This document shows, one piece after another, positions 8,980 to 18,538 of a stretch of DNA of 64,000 nt (within the stretch, counting starts at the first letter, position 1; every line of letters starts with the position of its first letter). Below the pieces are notes generated by a model that was given only the letters and a program-made list of their open reading frames with translations, made no database searches and was not told the origin of the DNA. The translations under genes and the position numbers were made by a program. Origin of the DNA: Candidatus Latescibacterota bacterium (GTDB taxonomy: Bacteria > Latescibacterota > UBA2968 > UBA8231); NCBI GenBank assembly GCA_965221775.1, contig CBDCSU010000006.1, positions 2,240,001 through 2,304,000 of the forward strand. Direction: 5' to 3'.

Positions 8980-10583
8980 GTCCGGGTCCCGAGGGCTCGG
9001 CGCGAGGCCGCCGCAAGGTCCTGGCCACGGGTGGACTCGCCCATGCCATCCACGACGGTTTCACCGACTGCATCTACGTGCTGCTGCCGATGTGGGCGGC
9101 GGCCTTCGCCCTGACCCACACCGAGGTGGGGGCCCTCAAGCTGGTCATGTCGGGCTTTCTGGCGGCGACCCAGGTGCCGGCAGGCATCGTCGCCGAGCGC
9201 TACGGAGAGCGGGCCGTGCTCGTCGTCGGCACGGTCCTGGCCGGGGTCGCCTACGTGCTGCTGGGGTGGGCGGGCGGCTTCCTGAGCCTGGCCGCCTTCC
9301 TGGTGGTGGCGGGAACGGGCTGCGGCACCCAGCACCCCCTGGTCTCGGCCATCATCTCGAGGGCCTACCCGGCGTCGGGGCGGCGGGCGGCGCTGGGCAC
9401 CTACAACTTCACCGGGGACCTCGGCAAGGTGGTGGCGCCGGCGGCGGTGGCGGCGGGGGCGGCGGCGTACGGCTGGCCGGCGAGCGCCGCGGCGTACGGG
9501 ATCTTCGCCCTCTGCGGCGCCGCCGCCCTGGGGGCGCTGCTCCCGGGGAGGACCGCCTCGCCCAGGGAAGCGGAGCCCCGGCCGCGGAGGCAGGAGCCGA
9601 AGGGATGGGGCATCACCGACCGGCGCGGCTTCGCCATCCTCTCCGCCATCGGCATGATCGACAGCGGCGCCCGCCTCTCCTTCCTCACCTACCTGCCCTT
9701 CCTGCTGGTGGAGAAGGGCGCCTCGATCGCGACGATCGGCCAGGCCCTGGCGCTGGTCTTCGCCGGAGGGGCTGCCGGCAAGCTGGTCTGCGGCCACGTG
9801 GCCGAGCGCGCCGGCATCCTGCGCACGGTGGTCCTCACCGAGGCCGCCACCACGGCGCTCATCGCTGCCGCCATCCTGCTGCCCCTGGACATGACGATGG
9901 CGGTCCTGCCACTGCTCGGGGTAGCCCTCAACGGCACCTCCTCCGTACTCTACGGGACGATCGGCGACTTCGTGGAAGGCGACCGCCAGGCTCGCGCCTA
10001 CGGCCTGTTCTACACCCTGGGGATCGGCGCCGGCGCGGTCTCCCCCCTGGTCTTCGGCGTGGTCAGCGACCTGTGGGGCGTGGCCACGGCCCTGGCGGCG
10101 ATCGCCGGGTTCGTGGTCCCCGTGCTGCCCATGTGCCGGGTGCTGGGGCCGCGCCTGCGGGGAGCGGACTCGGAGCGGCGGCTGGTGCTGAGGCCGGCGA
10201 AAGCCGAGGATTCGGAGTTCGCCTTCGGCGTGAGGGCGGCGGCGTTTGGGTGGGACGAGGGCGAGGAGCGCCGGCGGCACGAGAGGCGCTTCCGGGAGCA
10301 GGAGTTCGAGGTGATCGAATGGGAGGGTGAACCCGCCGGCATCGTGGCCCTGGCCATGTCCGAGAACTGCCTGTGGCTGAAGCAGATCTGCATCGCTCCG
10401 AGCCACCAGGGGCGGGGCATCGGCGGCGCTTGCCTGCGGCGGCTGCTCGAGCGCGCCGAAAAGCGCGGCGTGCCGGTGCGCCTGCAGTCGCTGAAGGTCA
10501 ACCCGCGGGCCCTGGCCTTCTACGAGCGTCACGGCTTCCGCCGCACCGGCGAGACCGACACCCACTACCTGCTGGAGCATTGA
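8976..10583 (+). CDS. MFS transporter (Fsr-like) fused to a C-terminal GNAT acetyltransferase
   Basis: MFS core to ~aa 390, then LRPA...HQGRGIG...NPRALAFYERHGF in the same frame. Confidence 0.8.
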   Translation: MSPGPEGSARGRRKVLATGGLAHAIHDGFTDCIYVLLPMWAAAFALTHTEVGALKLVMSGFLAATQVPAGIVAERYGERAVLVVGTVLAGVAYVLLGWAGGFLSLAAFLVVAGTGCGTQHPLVSAIISRAYPASGRRAALGTYNFTGDLGKVVAPAAVAAGAAAYGWPASAAAYGIFALCGAAALGALLPGRTASPREAEPRPRRQEPKGWGITDRRGFAILSAIGMIDSGARLSFLTYLPFLLVEKGASIATIGQALALVFAGGAAGKLVCGHVAERAGILRTVVLTEAATTALIAAAILLPLDMTMAVLPLLGVALNGTSSVLYGTIGDFVEGDRQARAYGLFYTLGIGAGAVSPLVFGVVSDLWGVATALAAIAGFVVPVLPMCRVLGPRLRGADSERRLVLRPAKAEDSEFAFGVRAAAFGWDEGEERRRHERRFREQEFEVIEWEGEPAGIVALAMSENCLWLKQICIAPSHQGRGIGGACLRRLLERAEKRGVPVRLQSLKVNPRALAFYERHGFRRTGETDTHYLLEH

Positions 10584-10596
10584 AAGGGACCCCGAA

Positions 10597-12165
10597 ATGA
10601 TGGCGCGGCTCTCCGGCCTGGTCCTGCTGCTCCTCGGCGCCTCCGTCCAGAACGGCTCGGCCCGCGAGCATGCCGTTATGATGGGCGAGGCCGTCCTGTC
10701 CGGCGGCATCGCCTGGTCGCCCGACGGCGCCTGGCTGGCGGTGCCGGGCAGCTCGGGCATCTGGCTCCATGATGCGCGCGGCGGACGGCTCGAGATCCAT
10801 CACGACGCGGGTCTGGCCAGGTCCGTTGCGTTCTCGCCGGACAGCGGGACCCTGGCCGCCGGCATCGGCAGCGAGGTCCGGCTGTGGGAGGTCGACACCG
10901 GCCAGCCGAAGGCCGGCTGGGACGGCCAGACCTTCCTTCGGTCCGTTGCGTTCTCGCCGGACGGCGGAACCCTGGCCGGCGGCGGAGGGGATCACGCGAT
11001 CCGGTTGTGGGAGGTGGAGAGCGGCCGGCTCGAGGCGACTCTCGAAGGACATGCGGGCGAGGTCGAGTCCGTCGCGTTCTCAGCGGACGGCGGGACCCTG
11101 GCCAGCGGCGGCGGCGACTACACCGTCCGGTTGTGGGATCTGGAGACCGCCGCGCAGAGAGCCGTCCTTCAGGGGCATTCGGGCCGGATCGAGTCCGTCG
11201 CGTTCTCGCCGGACGCCAGGACCGTGGCCAGCGGCGGTTGGGACGGGACCGTCCGCCTGTGGGATGCGGAGACCGGACAGCCCGGGGCCATCCTGGAAGG
11301 GCGGGGGAGGTACGGGTCCGCCGGCTGGGTCTGGTCCGTGGCGTTCGTGGATGACGGGACGGTGGTCAGCGGCCATGACGATGGGATCCGGTTGTGGGAT
11401 GGGGAGACCGGCCGGCTCGAGTCCACCCTCACCCTCGACGGACACACGAGCTGGGTGTCGTCGGTGGCGGTCTCTCCCGACGGCAGGACCCTGGCCAGCG
11501 GCAGCCGGAGCGGCGGGGAGAGCCGCAGCGACGGCCGGTTCTACACGGTGCTGCCGTGGGATCTCAAGCCCCGCGCAAAGGTGGAGGCCAGGGTGACGGG
11601 TGCGGGGGCCGCGGGCCTGAACATCGACTTCTCCAGGAGCATCTCGGGCCGCCGGCCGCACTACGCCTGGAGCGCCGTCACCGACGCGTCCGGGCGCCTG
11701 CGACTGACCCTCTTCGGCGGAGCCACCGGTCTCTACCAGGCCCGCGCCATGACGACTGCCGGCGAGGCGGTGGCCAGTTGGTACAGCCTGCCCATCAACA
11801 GTCACAGGCTGGAGTCGCTGAACCTGACCGGTCCGGTGGCGGCCGGCCCGGCTCCGGCGGGCAAGGCGGCGGCTTCCGGGGAGGCGGCCGGGAGCGAGTT
11901 GCACCCGAACACGCCGAATCCCTTCAACGCCGGCACGCAGATCGCCTACCGGCTGGCCGACGCCGGCCCGGTGCGGCTGAGGATCTACAATCTCCTGGGC
12001 CAGCCGGTGCATACGCTGGTGGACGAGGTCCAGCCCGCGGGGGAGCACCGGCTGTCCTGGGACGGACGCGACCTGCGCGGCGCCGCGGTGGCGGCGGGCA
12101 TCTATGTCGTACGGCTGGACCATCCCGGAGGCGTGCAGACCCGGAGAGTGATGTGCCTCAAGTAG
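10597..12165 (+). CDS. secreted WD40-repeat protein with FlgD-Ig/T9SS-type C-terminal domain
   Basis: Signal peptide; ~7 GH...SVAFSPDG...LASG...VRLWD repeats; C-terminal NTPNPFN...IYNLLGQ...WDGRD. Confidence 0.88.
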   Translation: MMARLSGLVLLLLGASVQNGSAREHAVMMGEAVLSGGIAWSPDGAWLAVPGSSGIWLHDARGGRLEIHHDAGLARSVAFSPDSGTLAAGIGSEVRLWEVDTGQPKAGWDGQTFLRSVAFSPDGGTLAGGGGDHAIRLWEVESGRLEATLEGHAGEVESVAFSADGGTLASGGGDYTVRLWDLETAAQRAVLQGHSGRIESVAFSPDARTVASGGWDGTVRLWDAETGQPGAILEGRGRYGSAGWVWSVAFVDDGTVVSGHDDGIRLWDGETGRLESTLTLDGHTSWVSSVAVSPDGRTLASGSRSGGESRSDGRFYTVLPWDLKPRAKVEARVTGAGAAGLNIDFSRSISGRRPHYAWSAVTDASGRLRLTLFGGATGLYQARAMTTAGEAVASWYSLPINSHRLESLNLTGPVAAGPAPAGKAAASGEAAGSELHPNTPNPFNAGTQIAYRLADAGPVRLRIYNLLGQPVHTLVDEVQPAGEHRLSWDGRDLRGAAVAAGIYVVRLDHPGGVQTRRVMCLK

Positions 12166-12218
12166 GCGGGCGGCCCGGGAGCCGCCGGACCGGCTTGACC
12201 ACGGAAAGGAACCCTGCC

Positions 12219-12956
12219 ATGCGCGTCGTATGGAACACGCTCCTCGTCCTCGCCTGTCTCCTCGGGCACGGGGTGACCGCGGCCGGAGCGCAGGACGCCT
12301 CCTCTTTCGTCGTCGATGGAGACTGGCGCGACTGGGGCGGCGGCGGACCGGGTGAAGGGGACGAGCTATACGACGTCGCCCCCGACTCCAACAACACCAT
12401 AGATGTCATCACCTACGCCTACGGACACGGCTCCTTCGGCGAGCGCCGCCTCTTCACCTTCATCTTCCGGTTCCTGGAGGCTCCCTTCCAGGGATCCAGC
12501 GACACCTCGGTGCAACTGTTCTTCGACGTATCGGCGGACACGACCCAGGGCGAGGCCCAGCCTCCGTGGGTTGCCTTTCTCCCCGAGTACCAGATCGAGA
12601 TCGTCGGCCGCGACGGCGGCCTCACGACGGAGATCCACCGCCGTCTCGCCGGCGATGAGTGGGTCGTGACCGAAGGGGACGACATCGCCGAGGTGGAGGT
12701 GGCCCTGTCGGGTGAGTGGCTGGAAGGAGCGGTCCCCTGGCCGGCGCTGGGCGATCCCGGGACCACGGCGGAAGAGGAAGAGCGGGGGTACTGGCATTTC
12801 AAGTGGACGGTCCGGACGGGCCAGGACGGCTCCCATGACTACGTGCCGGACGGCACGAGCTATCCGGGAGTGCCGTGGGGTCCCATGGGAGGGCGCGTCT
12901 CGACCATGGTCTCCTCCGGAGGCTGGGGGTGGATCAAGAACGGAGTGTCGGAGTGA
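12219..12956 (+). CDS. secreted hypothetical protein with C-terminal WGxIK motif
   Basis: GAAAGGA SD, signal peptide, VDGDWRDW motif, ends SSGGWGWIKNGVSE. Confidence 0.7.
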   Translation: MRVVWNTLLVLACLLGHGVTAAGAQDASSFVVDGDWRDWGGGGPGEGDELYDVAPDSNNTIDVITYAYGHGSFGERRLFTFIFRFLEAPFQGSSDTSVQLFFDVSADTTQGEAQPPWVAFLPEYQIEIVGRDGGLTTEIHRRLAGDEWVVTEGDDIAEVEVALSGEWLEGAVPWPALGDPGTTAEEEERGYWHFKWTVRTGQDGSHDYVPDGTSYPGVPWGPMGGRVSTMVSSGGWGWIKNGVSE

Positions 12957-15088
12957 GGGTCCTCGGGCTGCCGCGTCTTGCGCTGTTGTTCCTGTGCCCC
13001 GGCATGGGGCTGGCGCAGGAGGAGTTTCCCATCGGGGCCTGGTTCCCGGGTCTGTTCAACGACCAGTCCGAGCGGTTCGCAGAGCGCCTCGACCAGGTCG
13101 AGGCGGCCCACTTCAACACGATCCACTCCGCCATCGAGGTCAGGAATGACGCCGCCGTCAACCGCGTCTTCATGGACCTCGCCCACGAGCGGGGGCTGAG
13201 GGTCCAGCTCTACAGCTGGAACGTGCCTCCCGGGTGGAGGGCCGCCAGCCGCCGCTACTGGACCAAGTCCCTGGAAGCGACGAGCCCCAGGTACTTCGTC
13301 CATCCCGTGGGAGAGCGGGCCGGAGGCGCATGGTTCGCCAATACCGGGGAGCACACCCCCGGCCTGATGCTGGACACGCCGTCCGAGGGCCGCGGCATCT
13401 TCCTGCGCTACCGGGAGCAGAAGCTGAACAGCCGGGGCCAGATCGTGGCCCCCAGGGCGCGGTACGTGGTCCATGTCTTCCGCATGAAGACCGACGACAA
13501 TGCCGGCGCCGACATAGTCGCCACCCTGCGCATTCTGCGACACTCGGATGGAGCCGTGCTGCGCACGCGAAGCGTGCGCAAGCTGCAGTTCCATGCCGCC
13601 GACACGTACCAGGACTTCGTGCTCAGGTATGTCCCGGCTGCCAACACCTATGTCAGGTACCAGGTGGAGTGGACCGGAGCGGCGAACCTCTGGGTGGACC
13701 AGATCCGGGCCCACGACGACTACTCCCACAGGCTCTTCGCGGGGCACCATGACGAGGCGATCCGGAGCGACCTGGCCGCCTATGACGGTGTCTCCGCCCC
13801 CGAGCCATGGCGGTTCTATGCCGACGACGAGCCCCAGTGGACGGAGAAGGACGAGAGCGTCGCCTACGTGAACCGCTTCATCAGGGAGCAGACCGGCAAG
13901 TCGGGGGTGGTGGCCTTCAACCGGCCGCAAAGGGACCTGCTGCGGCACTTCGTGGGCACGGTGGAGCCTTCGGAACTCCTGGTGGACTTCTACACCTTCG
14001 GGCTCAACGTGCCGAGCCCCGGTCAGAGTGGCTATGCCGCCGGTCTGCAGGGCGCCCTGGCCAGTCTCGTCTCCTGGTACGGGACCGCGCGGGAGGTGGT
14101 CCGGGAGGCGGGCATCCCGCTGTGGGTCCTCGTACAGGCCCATAGCTGGCCCGGCGGCCTGCGGGACCCGTCACCGCAGGAGATCCGCGTCCAGGTTCAC
14201 CTGGCCCTGGCCCACGGTGCCAAGGGCATCTACTACTTCATGTACTCCAGCCACACCAACGACGATGGCCGGCCCGACCTGCAGGGCCTGGTGGACCCAC
14301 ACTACAGAATCACCCCCAAATGGCGCGAAGTACAGGCCCTCAACCGGATGTTGCAGGAACACCAGGACACCCTCCTGCGGCTGGCTTCCGAGGCTGTCTT
14401 CGCCGGCGATGCGCCAACATCGTTCGTGCAGGGCCTCTCGGATCCGTCCGACTACCACCTCGGCACCTTCACCCACGCCGATGGAACCCGCTACCTGATG
14501 GTGGTCAACCGCCGCTGCCAACCCTCCCGCAACGTTCGCACAGTGACCATCGACCTGGATCCCTCTCGCCTGAACGGACCGGGTCGTCCCTACCTGGTGA
14601 GGGAGCTCTACGAGAAAGACGCGGTCGTCACCAACGGCGCCTTCCCCTCCGTTACCGCCTCCTTCGCTCCGGGTGAGGGCAAGCTGTTCCGGGTCGAGCC
14701 GTGGCCGGATCAGGTCACGCTGACCGGCGACGTGACGATTCCCGCGGGGGTGAAGCTCACCCTCCCCGAGGGCGGCACCGTGGTCTTCGCCCCGGGCGAC
14801 GAGACCGGGGGCGGTGAGGACGAGATGCGCTCGGAAGTCATCGTCGAGGGGGCTCTCGACGCCGGCGCGGGGGGCGTCACCTTCCGGTCATCGGATGACG
14901 CCGACAGTTCGTCGGGCAGCTGGTACGGCATCCGCGTGGCCCCGACGGGTCATGCCGACTTGTCCGGCGCCACGATCCGGGGCGGACTCCGCTGCGTCGA
15001 GGCCTGGGAGGCGAGCACCCTCGATGTGACGGGCGCGAACCTGGTCGACTGCGGCGAGGGGATCGCGCGGCTCCCGGCGGCGCCCTGA
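12953..15088 (+). CDS. secreted putative glycoside hydrolase-like protein (TIM-barrel-type domain plus C-terminal beta-helix-like segment)
   Basis: Signal peptide; FPIGAW, DDEP, PSPQEIRVQVHLALAHGAKGIYYF; C-terminal GDVTIPAGVKLTL...WYGIRV. Confidence 0.6.
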   Translation: MRVLGLPRLALLFLCPGMGLAQEEFPIGAWFPGLFNDQSERFAERLDQVEAAHFNTIHSAIEVRNDAAVNRVFMDLAHERGLRVQLYSWNVPPGWRAASRRYWTKSLEATSPRYFVHPVGERAGGAWFANTGEHTPGLMLDTPSEGRGIFLRYREQKLNSRGQIVAPRARYVVHVFRMKTDDNAGADIVATLRILRHSDGAVLRTRSVRKLQFHAADTYQDFVLRYVPAANTYVRYQVEWTGAANLWVDQIRAHDDYSHRLFAGHHDEAIRSDLAAYDGVSAPEPWRFYADDEPQWTEKDESVAYVNRFIREQTGKSGVVAFNRPQRDLLRHFVGTVEPSELLVDFYTFGLNVPSPGQSGYAAGLQGALASLVSWYGTAREVVREAGIPLWVLVQAHSWPGGLRDPSPQEIRVQVHLALAHGAKGIYYFMYSSHTNDDGRPDLQGLVDPHYRITPKWREVQALNRMLQEHQDTLLRLASEAVFAGDAPTSFVQGLSDPSDYHLGTFTHADGTRYLMVVNRRCQPSRNVRTVTIDLDPSRLNGPGRPYLVRELYEKDAVVTNGAFPSVTASFAPGEGKLFRVEPWPDQVTLTGDVTIPAGVKLTLPEGGTVVFAPGDETGGGEDEMRSEVIVEGALDAGAGGVTFRSSDDADSSSGSWYGIRVAPTGHADLSGATIRGGLRCVEAWEASTLDVTGANLVDCGEGIARLPAAP

Positions 15089-15093
15089 GCCGA

Positions 15094-15891
15094 TCAGGCA
15101 GGCAACTCGAAGTACCCCAGCTCTTCCATCCTCCGCAGCCAGCGGCCCCGCCTCGGGCTGCCGGCGGGATTCGTCAGCCATTCGGGCGGGTAGGAGGGCT
15201 CTCCCGGCCGTCCGAACTGGGCGCCCACATCCTTCGAGCCCACGGCGCGCTTGCGGGCGGCGGCCTCCTCGACCTCACCCCGGGGATTGTTGTAGAAGAC
15301 GCAGGTGCACATGCGGCGGCCGGCGGCGCCCCCCGAACTGGCGTGCCAGCAGCGCATGTCGAAGGCGACCACGTCGCCGGGTTCCGACCGGCAGACGTAC
15401 GCGGGGACGTCGGCCACCTCGAGCTCGAGGGCGCCCAGGGTGTCGCGCAGGTGTTCGTGGAAGCCGCGGCGGTGCGACCCCGGGATGAGCCGCAAGGCGC
15501 CGCTGCCGGCGTCCACCGGATCGAGGTAGAAGGCGAACTTGACGCCGTGGCAGTCCTCGTCCGGATCGGCCCGGTGGTCGGGGTGCCAGCGGGTGTCGCC
15601 CACGTAGCGGTTGGCGTCGGTGCCGATGCCGATGACGTCCTCGCCGTAGAGTTGCTCCGCCACCACGCAGAACCGCTCGTCCTCGAGGAGGCTGGCGAAG
15701 AGGGGGGTGCGCGGGTGCAGCATCATCGCCCAGTAGCGCTTCTCCCCGGTGAAGGGCTGATCGGCGTAGAGATGGTCGAGCTCGGTCTCGTACTCGAGGC
15801 GCAGGGTCTCCACCTCCTCCGGCGTGAAGAGGCCGCGGAGGGTGACGAAGCCGAAGGTCCGGTAGTGGGCGAGTTGCTGTTCGGTCAACAT
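15094..15891 (-). CDS. phytanoyl-CoA dioxygenase (PhyH) family protein
   Basis: MLTEQQLAHYRTFGF, WHPD, LRLIPGSH, GDVVAFD..CWH..RR. Confidence 0.88.
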   Translation of the reverse strand: MLTEQQLAHYRTFGFVTLRGLFTPEEVETLRLEYETELDHLYADQPFTGEKRYWAMMLHPRTPLFASLLEDERFCVVAEQLYGEDVIGIGTDANRYVGDTRWHPDHRADPDEDCHGVKFAFYLDPVDAGSGALRLIPGSHRRGFHEHLRDTLGALELEVADVPAYVCRSEPGDVVAFDMRCWHASSGGAAGRRMCTCVFYNNPRGEVEEAAARKRAVGSKDVGAQFGRPGEPSYPPEWLTNPAGSPRRGRWLRRMEELGYFELPA

Positions 15892-16003
15892 GGAAGGCTC
15901 TCCCGCGGGGGTGATCGATCGAGTGGGATCAAAGCCCCGGCCAGGGGGAGGTGCAAGTCCGGGACGGCTGGCTATCTTTGGCCGGCCTACGAGGAGAGAC
16001 GAG

Positions 16004-17326
16004 ATGACGAAGGAACTGCTCGCCGGCGCCGGCGGCACCCGGATCACGCCGCCCACCGGGCATCCCATGGGCGGCTACGGCGCCCGCGATCACGGAGCCG
16101 AGGGCGTCCACGATCACCTGCATGCCCACGCCCTGTTCCTCGACGACGGCACCACGCAGGCGGTGATCATCGCCAGCGACCTGATCGGCATGCGCTTCGA
16201 GCAGGTGGCCCGCGTGCGCGAGCTGGTGCACCGGGCCACGGGAGTGCCCGCGGCCAACGTCTTCCTCGCCTTCTCCCACACCCACGGCGGCCCCCTGATG
16301 TACACCGACTTCAGGGAGATGGAGGAGGCGGAGGCGACCTTCATCGACGCACTCTGCCACCTCATGGCCGGCACCGCCCGGCAGGCGGCCACCGCGGCGG
16401 GGCCGGTGCGCTGGGGCACGGGCCGGCAGCCGCTGCGGGTCGGCGTCAACCGCCGCGAGCGCCAGCCGGACGGCACGACCCGCATCGGCGTCAACCCGGA
16501 GGGCCCGGTGGCGCCCTGGGTCGACTCGGTCTGGTTCGAGCGCCTCGACGGCACACCCCTTGTGGTGCTCTGGCAGCACGCCGCCCACGGGACCTGCCTG
16601 GTGAGCGACAACTACCTGTTCACCGCCGACTGGATGGGCGCCGCCATGCGCCGGATCGAGGGCCAGCGGCGGGGGGAGACGGCCCTCTTCCTCAACGGCT
16701 GCGCCGGCAACATCAACCCCCATCCACGCGGCTCCTACGAGCTGGCCGGGGTGCACGGGAGCCGCGCCGGAGAGGCCGTGCTGAAGACGGTGCCGGAGGC
16801 GGGGGAGATGAGACGGGGCGGCCGTCTGCGCTGCGCGCAGCACGCCTTCGAGCTGCCCCTGGAGCCGATGCCCTCCCAGCAGGAGTGCGAGCGCGAGCTG
16901 GCCGAGTGGGAGCCCGCCTTTCTGGAACTCCAGGGCGAGTTCCACCGCAACTGGCGGGTCTGCCGCCACTACTGCGCCGCCCGGGAGCGCCTGCAGGCCC
17001 ACCGGAGCAATTCGGTAGCGTCGGGCCTGCCCCTTCAGATCCAGGCCCTGGCCCTGGACGACGTCGCCCTCGTCGGCCTGCCGGGGGAGATCTTCGTCGA
17101 GACGGGGACGGCCATCGCCGAGGCCTCGCCCTTCGCCCTCACCCTGCCGGTGGGCTACGCCAACGGCGCCATCGGCTACGTCCCCACCAGCGAGGAGGTG
17201 CCCCACGGCGGCTACGAGGTCCTCGACGCGAGGGCCCGCCACCAGGGGCGCAGGCTCGCCGACGATGCGGACCGGGCCCTGGCGGCCGGCGCCCTGCGGG
17301 CCCTGGAGCTGGCCGCGGAGGGCTGA
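16004..17326 (+). CDS. neutral/alkaline ceramidase N-terminal domain protein (amidohydrolase)
   Basis: ITPP, MGGYGAR, HDHLHA, SHTHGGP, NRR, GCAGNINP, LPGEIFVE, GYANG, GYVPT, GGYE. Confidence 0.85.
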   Translation: MTKELLAGAGGTRITPPTGHPMGGYGARDHGAEGVHDHLHAHALFLDDGTTQAVIIASDLIGMRFEQVARVRELVHRATGVPAANVFLAFSHTHGGPLMYTDFREMEEAEATFIDALCHLMAGTARQAATAAGPVRWGTGRQPLRVGVNRRERQPDGTTRIGVNPEGPVAPWVDSVWFERLDGTPLVVLWQHAAHGTCLVSDNYLFTADWMGAAMRRIEGQRRGETALFLNGCAGNINPHPRGSYELAGVHGSRAGEAVLKTVPEAGEMRRGGRLRCAQHAFELPLEPMPSQQECERELAEWEPAFLELQGEFHRNWRVCRHYCAARERLQAHRSNSVASGLPLQIQALALDDVALVGLPGEIFVETGTAIAEASPFALTLPVGYANGAIGYVPTSEEVPHGGYEVLDARARHQGRRLADDADRALAAGALRALELAAEG

Positions 17327-17336
17327 CCTCTTTCCC

Positions 17337-18497
17337 GTGGGTTACCTCGAAGCGCTGCTGACAGGTGTCGAGGCAGTGAGGCAGCGTCTGCCGGCGGTTT
17401 CTCACGCCGCCGAACGGGTGGCCGCGCGCCTCGAGGCCGGGGGCCGGCTCTGCCTGGCCAGCGTCCGTCCCGACTTCACGTCCGAAGGTTACACGCGCTC
17501 CGGGGGGCTGATGCTGGCGGAGGAGTGGACGCCGGAGACGGCGCTGTCGCCGCAGGACGCGGTGATCCTCGGCTGGTCCGGCGCCCCGCCGGAGCGGGAG
17601 CTGGAGTTGCTGGAGCAGTTGCGCTCCACGGGCGCCCTGATCGCCGCTATCGGTCCGGCCGGATGGCCGGGGGCGGATCCGCGGGCGGACGATCTCGCCC
17701 TGGAGAGCTCGTTCGCTTGGCCCGAGGCGGCGACCGCCCCCTTCGGCGGCGAGGCCTACCCGCTGACCTCGCTGCAGAACCTGCTCCTCCTGTGGGCCCT
17801 CACCGGAGAGATCGTCGCCGCCCTCACCCGCGCCGGGCGAATGCCGGCCATGTACCAGAGCGTGCTGGTGCCGGGAGCGAGGGAGCGCAACGCCCGCTTC
17901 GCCGGTTCCCCCTTTCACGAGACCCACGAGGTGCCGGCGATCCCCGCGGGGCGGCTGGGCGGGGACTACCTGGATCGCATGGCGGCGATCCTGCGGGCCC
18001 TGATAGCGGAAGAGGCGGGGGCGATCGAGGCCGTCGGCGCGGTCTGCGCCGAGGTCCTGGATGCCGGCGGCTGCATTCACGCGGGGCTGATCTCGCACTT
18101 CCCCATGTATCAGCTCGGGGCGCCGGGGGACCCGCCCTACATGCGGCCCCTGGCGCGGCTGCAGGGCGAGTCCCCGCGGGTGTCCGAGCTCGAGGAGAAG
18201 CTGCGGCCCGGGGACCTGCTCTTCTTTCTCGGGTACTACCGCCGTCCGGTGGATGCGTACGTCGCCGCGAGACGGGCGGGGGCGCGCATCGTCGAGGTGA
18301 TCACCGGCGACGGCACGGACGATCCACCGCCGCCGTCGCCGGACCACGTCATCCGTCCGAAGTGGCCCTTCGGCGACGCGGTGACGCCGGTGCCGGGGTA
18401 CGACGTGGAGATCCTGCCCGGCTCGGGGATCGTGCAGGCGGCGGTCTACTGGGCGGTGGTGGCGTCGATCAAGCAGGCCCGGGAGGGCAATGGATGA
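17337..18497 (+). CDS. hypothetical protein with two SIS-like half-domains
   Basis: Internal duplication (AAERVAARLEAGGRL / VCAEVLDAGGCI; D.VILG / GDLLFFLGY); start uncertain. Confidence 0.6.
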   Translation: MGYLEALLTGVEAVRQRLPAVSHAAERVAARLEAGGRLCLASVRPDFTSEGYTRSGGLMLAEEWTPETALSPQDAVILGWSGAPPERELELLEQLRSTGALIAAIGPAGWPGADPRADDLALESSFAWPEAATAPFGGEAYPLTSLQNLLLLWALTGEIVAALTRAGRMPAMYQSVLVPGARERNARFAGSPFHETHEVPAIPAGRLGGDYLDRMAAILRALIAEEAGAIEAVGAVCAEVLDAGGCIHAGLISHFPMYQLGAPGDPPYMRPLARLQGESPRVSELEEKLRPGDLLFFLGYYRRPVDAYVAARRAGARIVEVITGDGTDDPPPPSPDHVIRPKWPFGDAVTPVPGYDVEILPGSGIVQAAVYWAVVASIKQAREGNG

Positions 18498-18538
18498 TGC
18501 GGCGCGGCGAAGAGCCGGCGCCCGAGGAGGAGGAGGCG

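Noticed and set aside
10810-11510. Repeated ~22-nt DNA words (gtccgttgcgttctcgccggac) as a CRISPR or tandem array
   Set aside because: They are the coding sequence of WD40 repeats, in frame and degenerate; no cas genes
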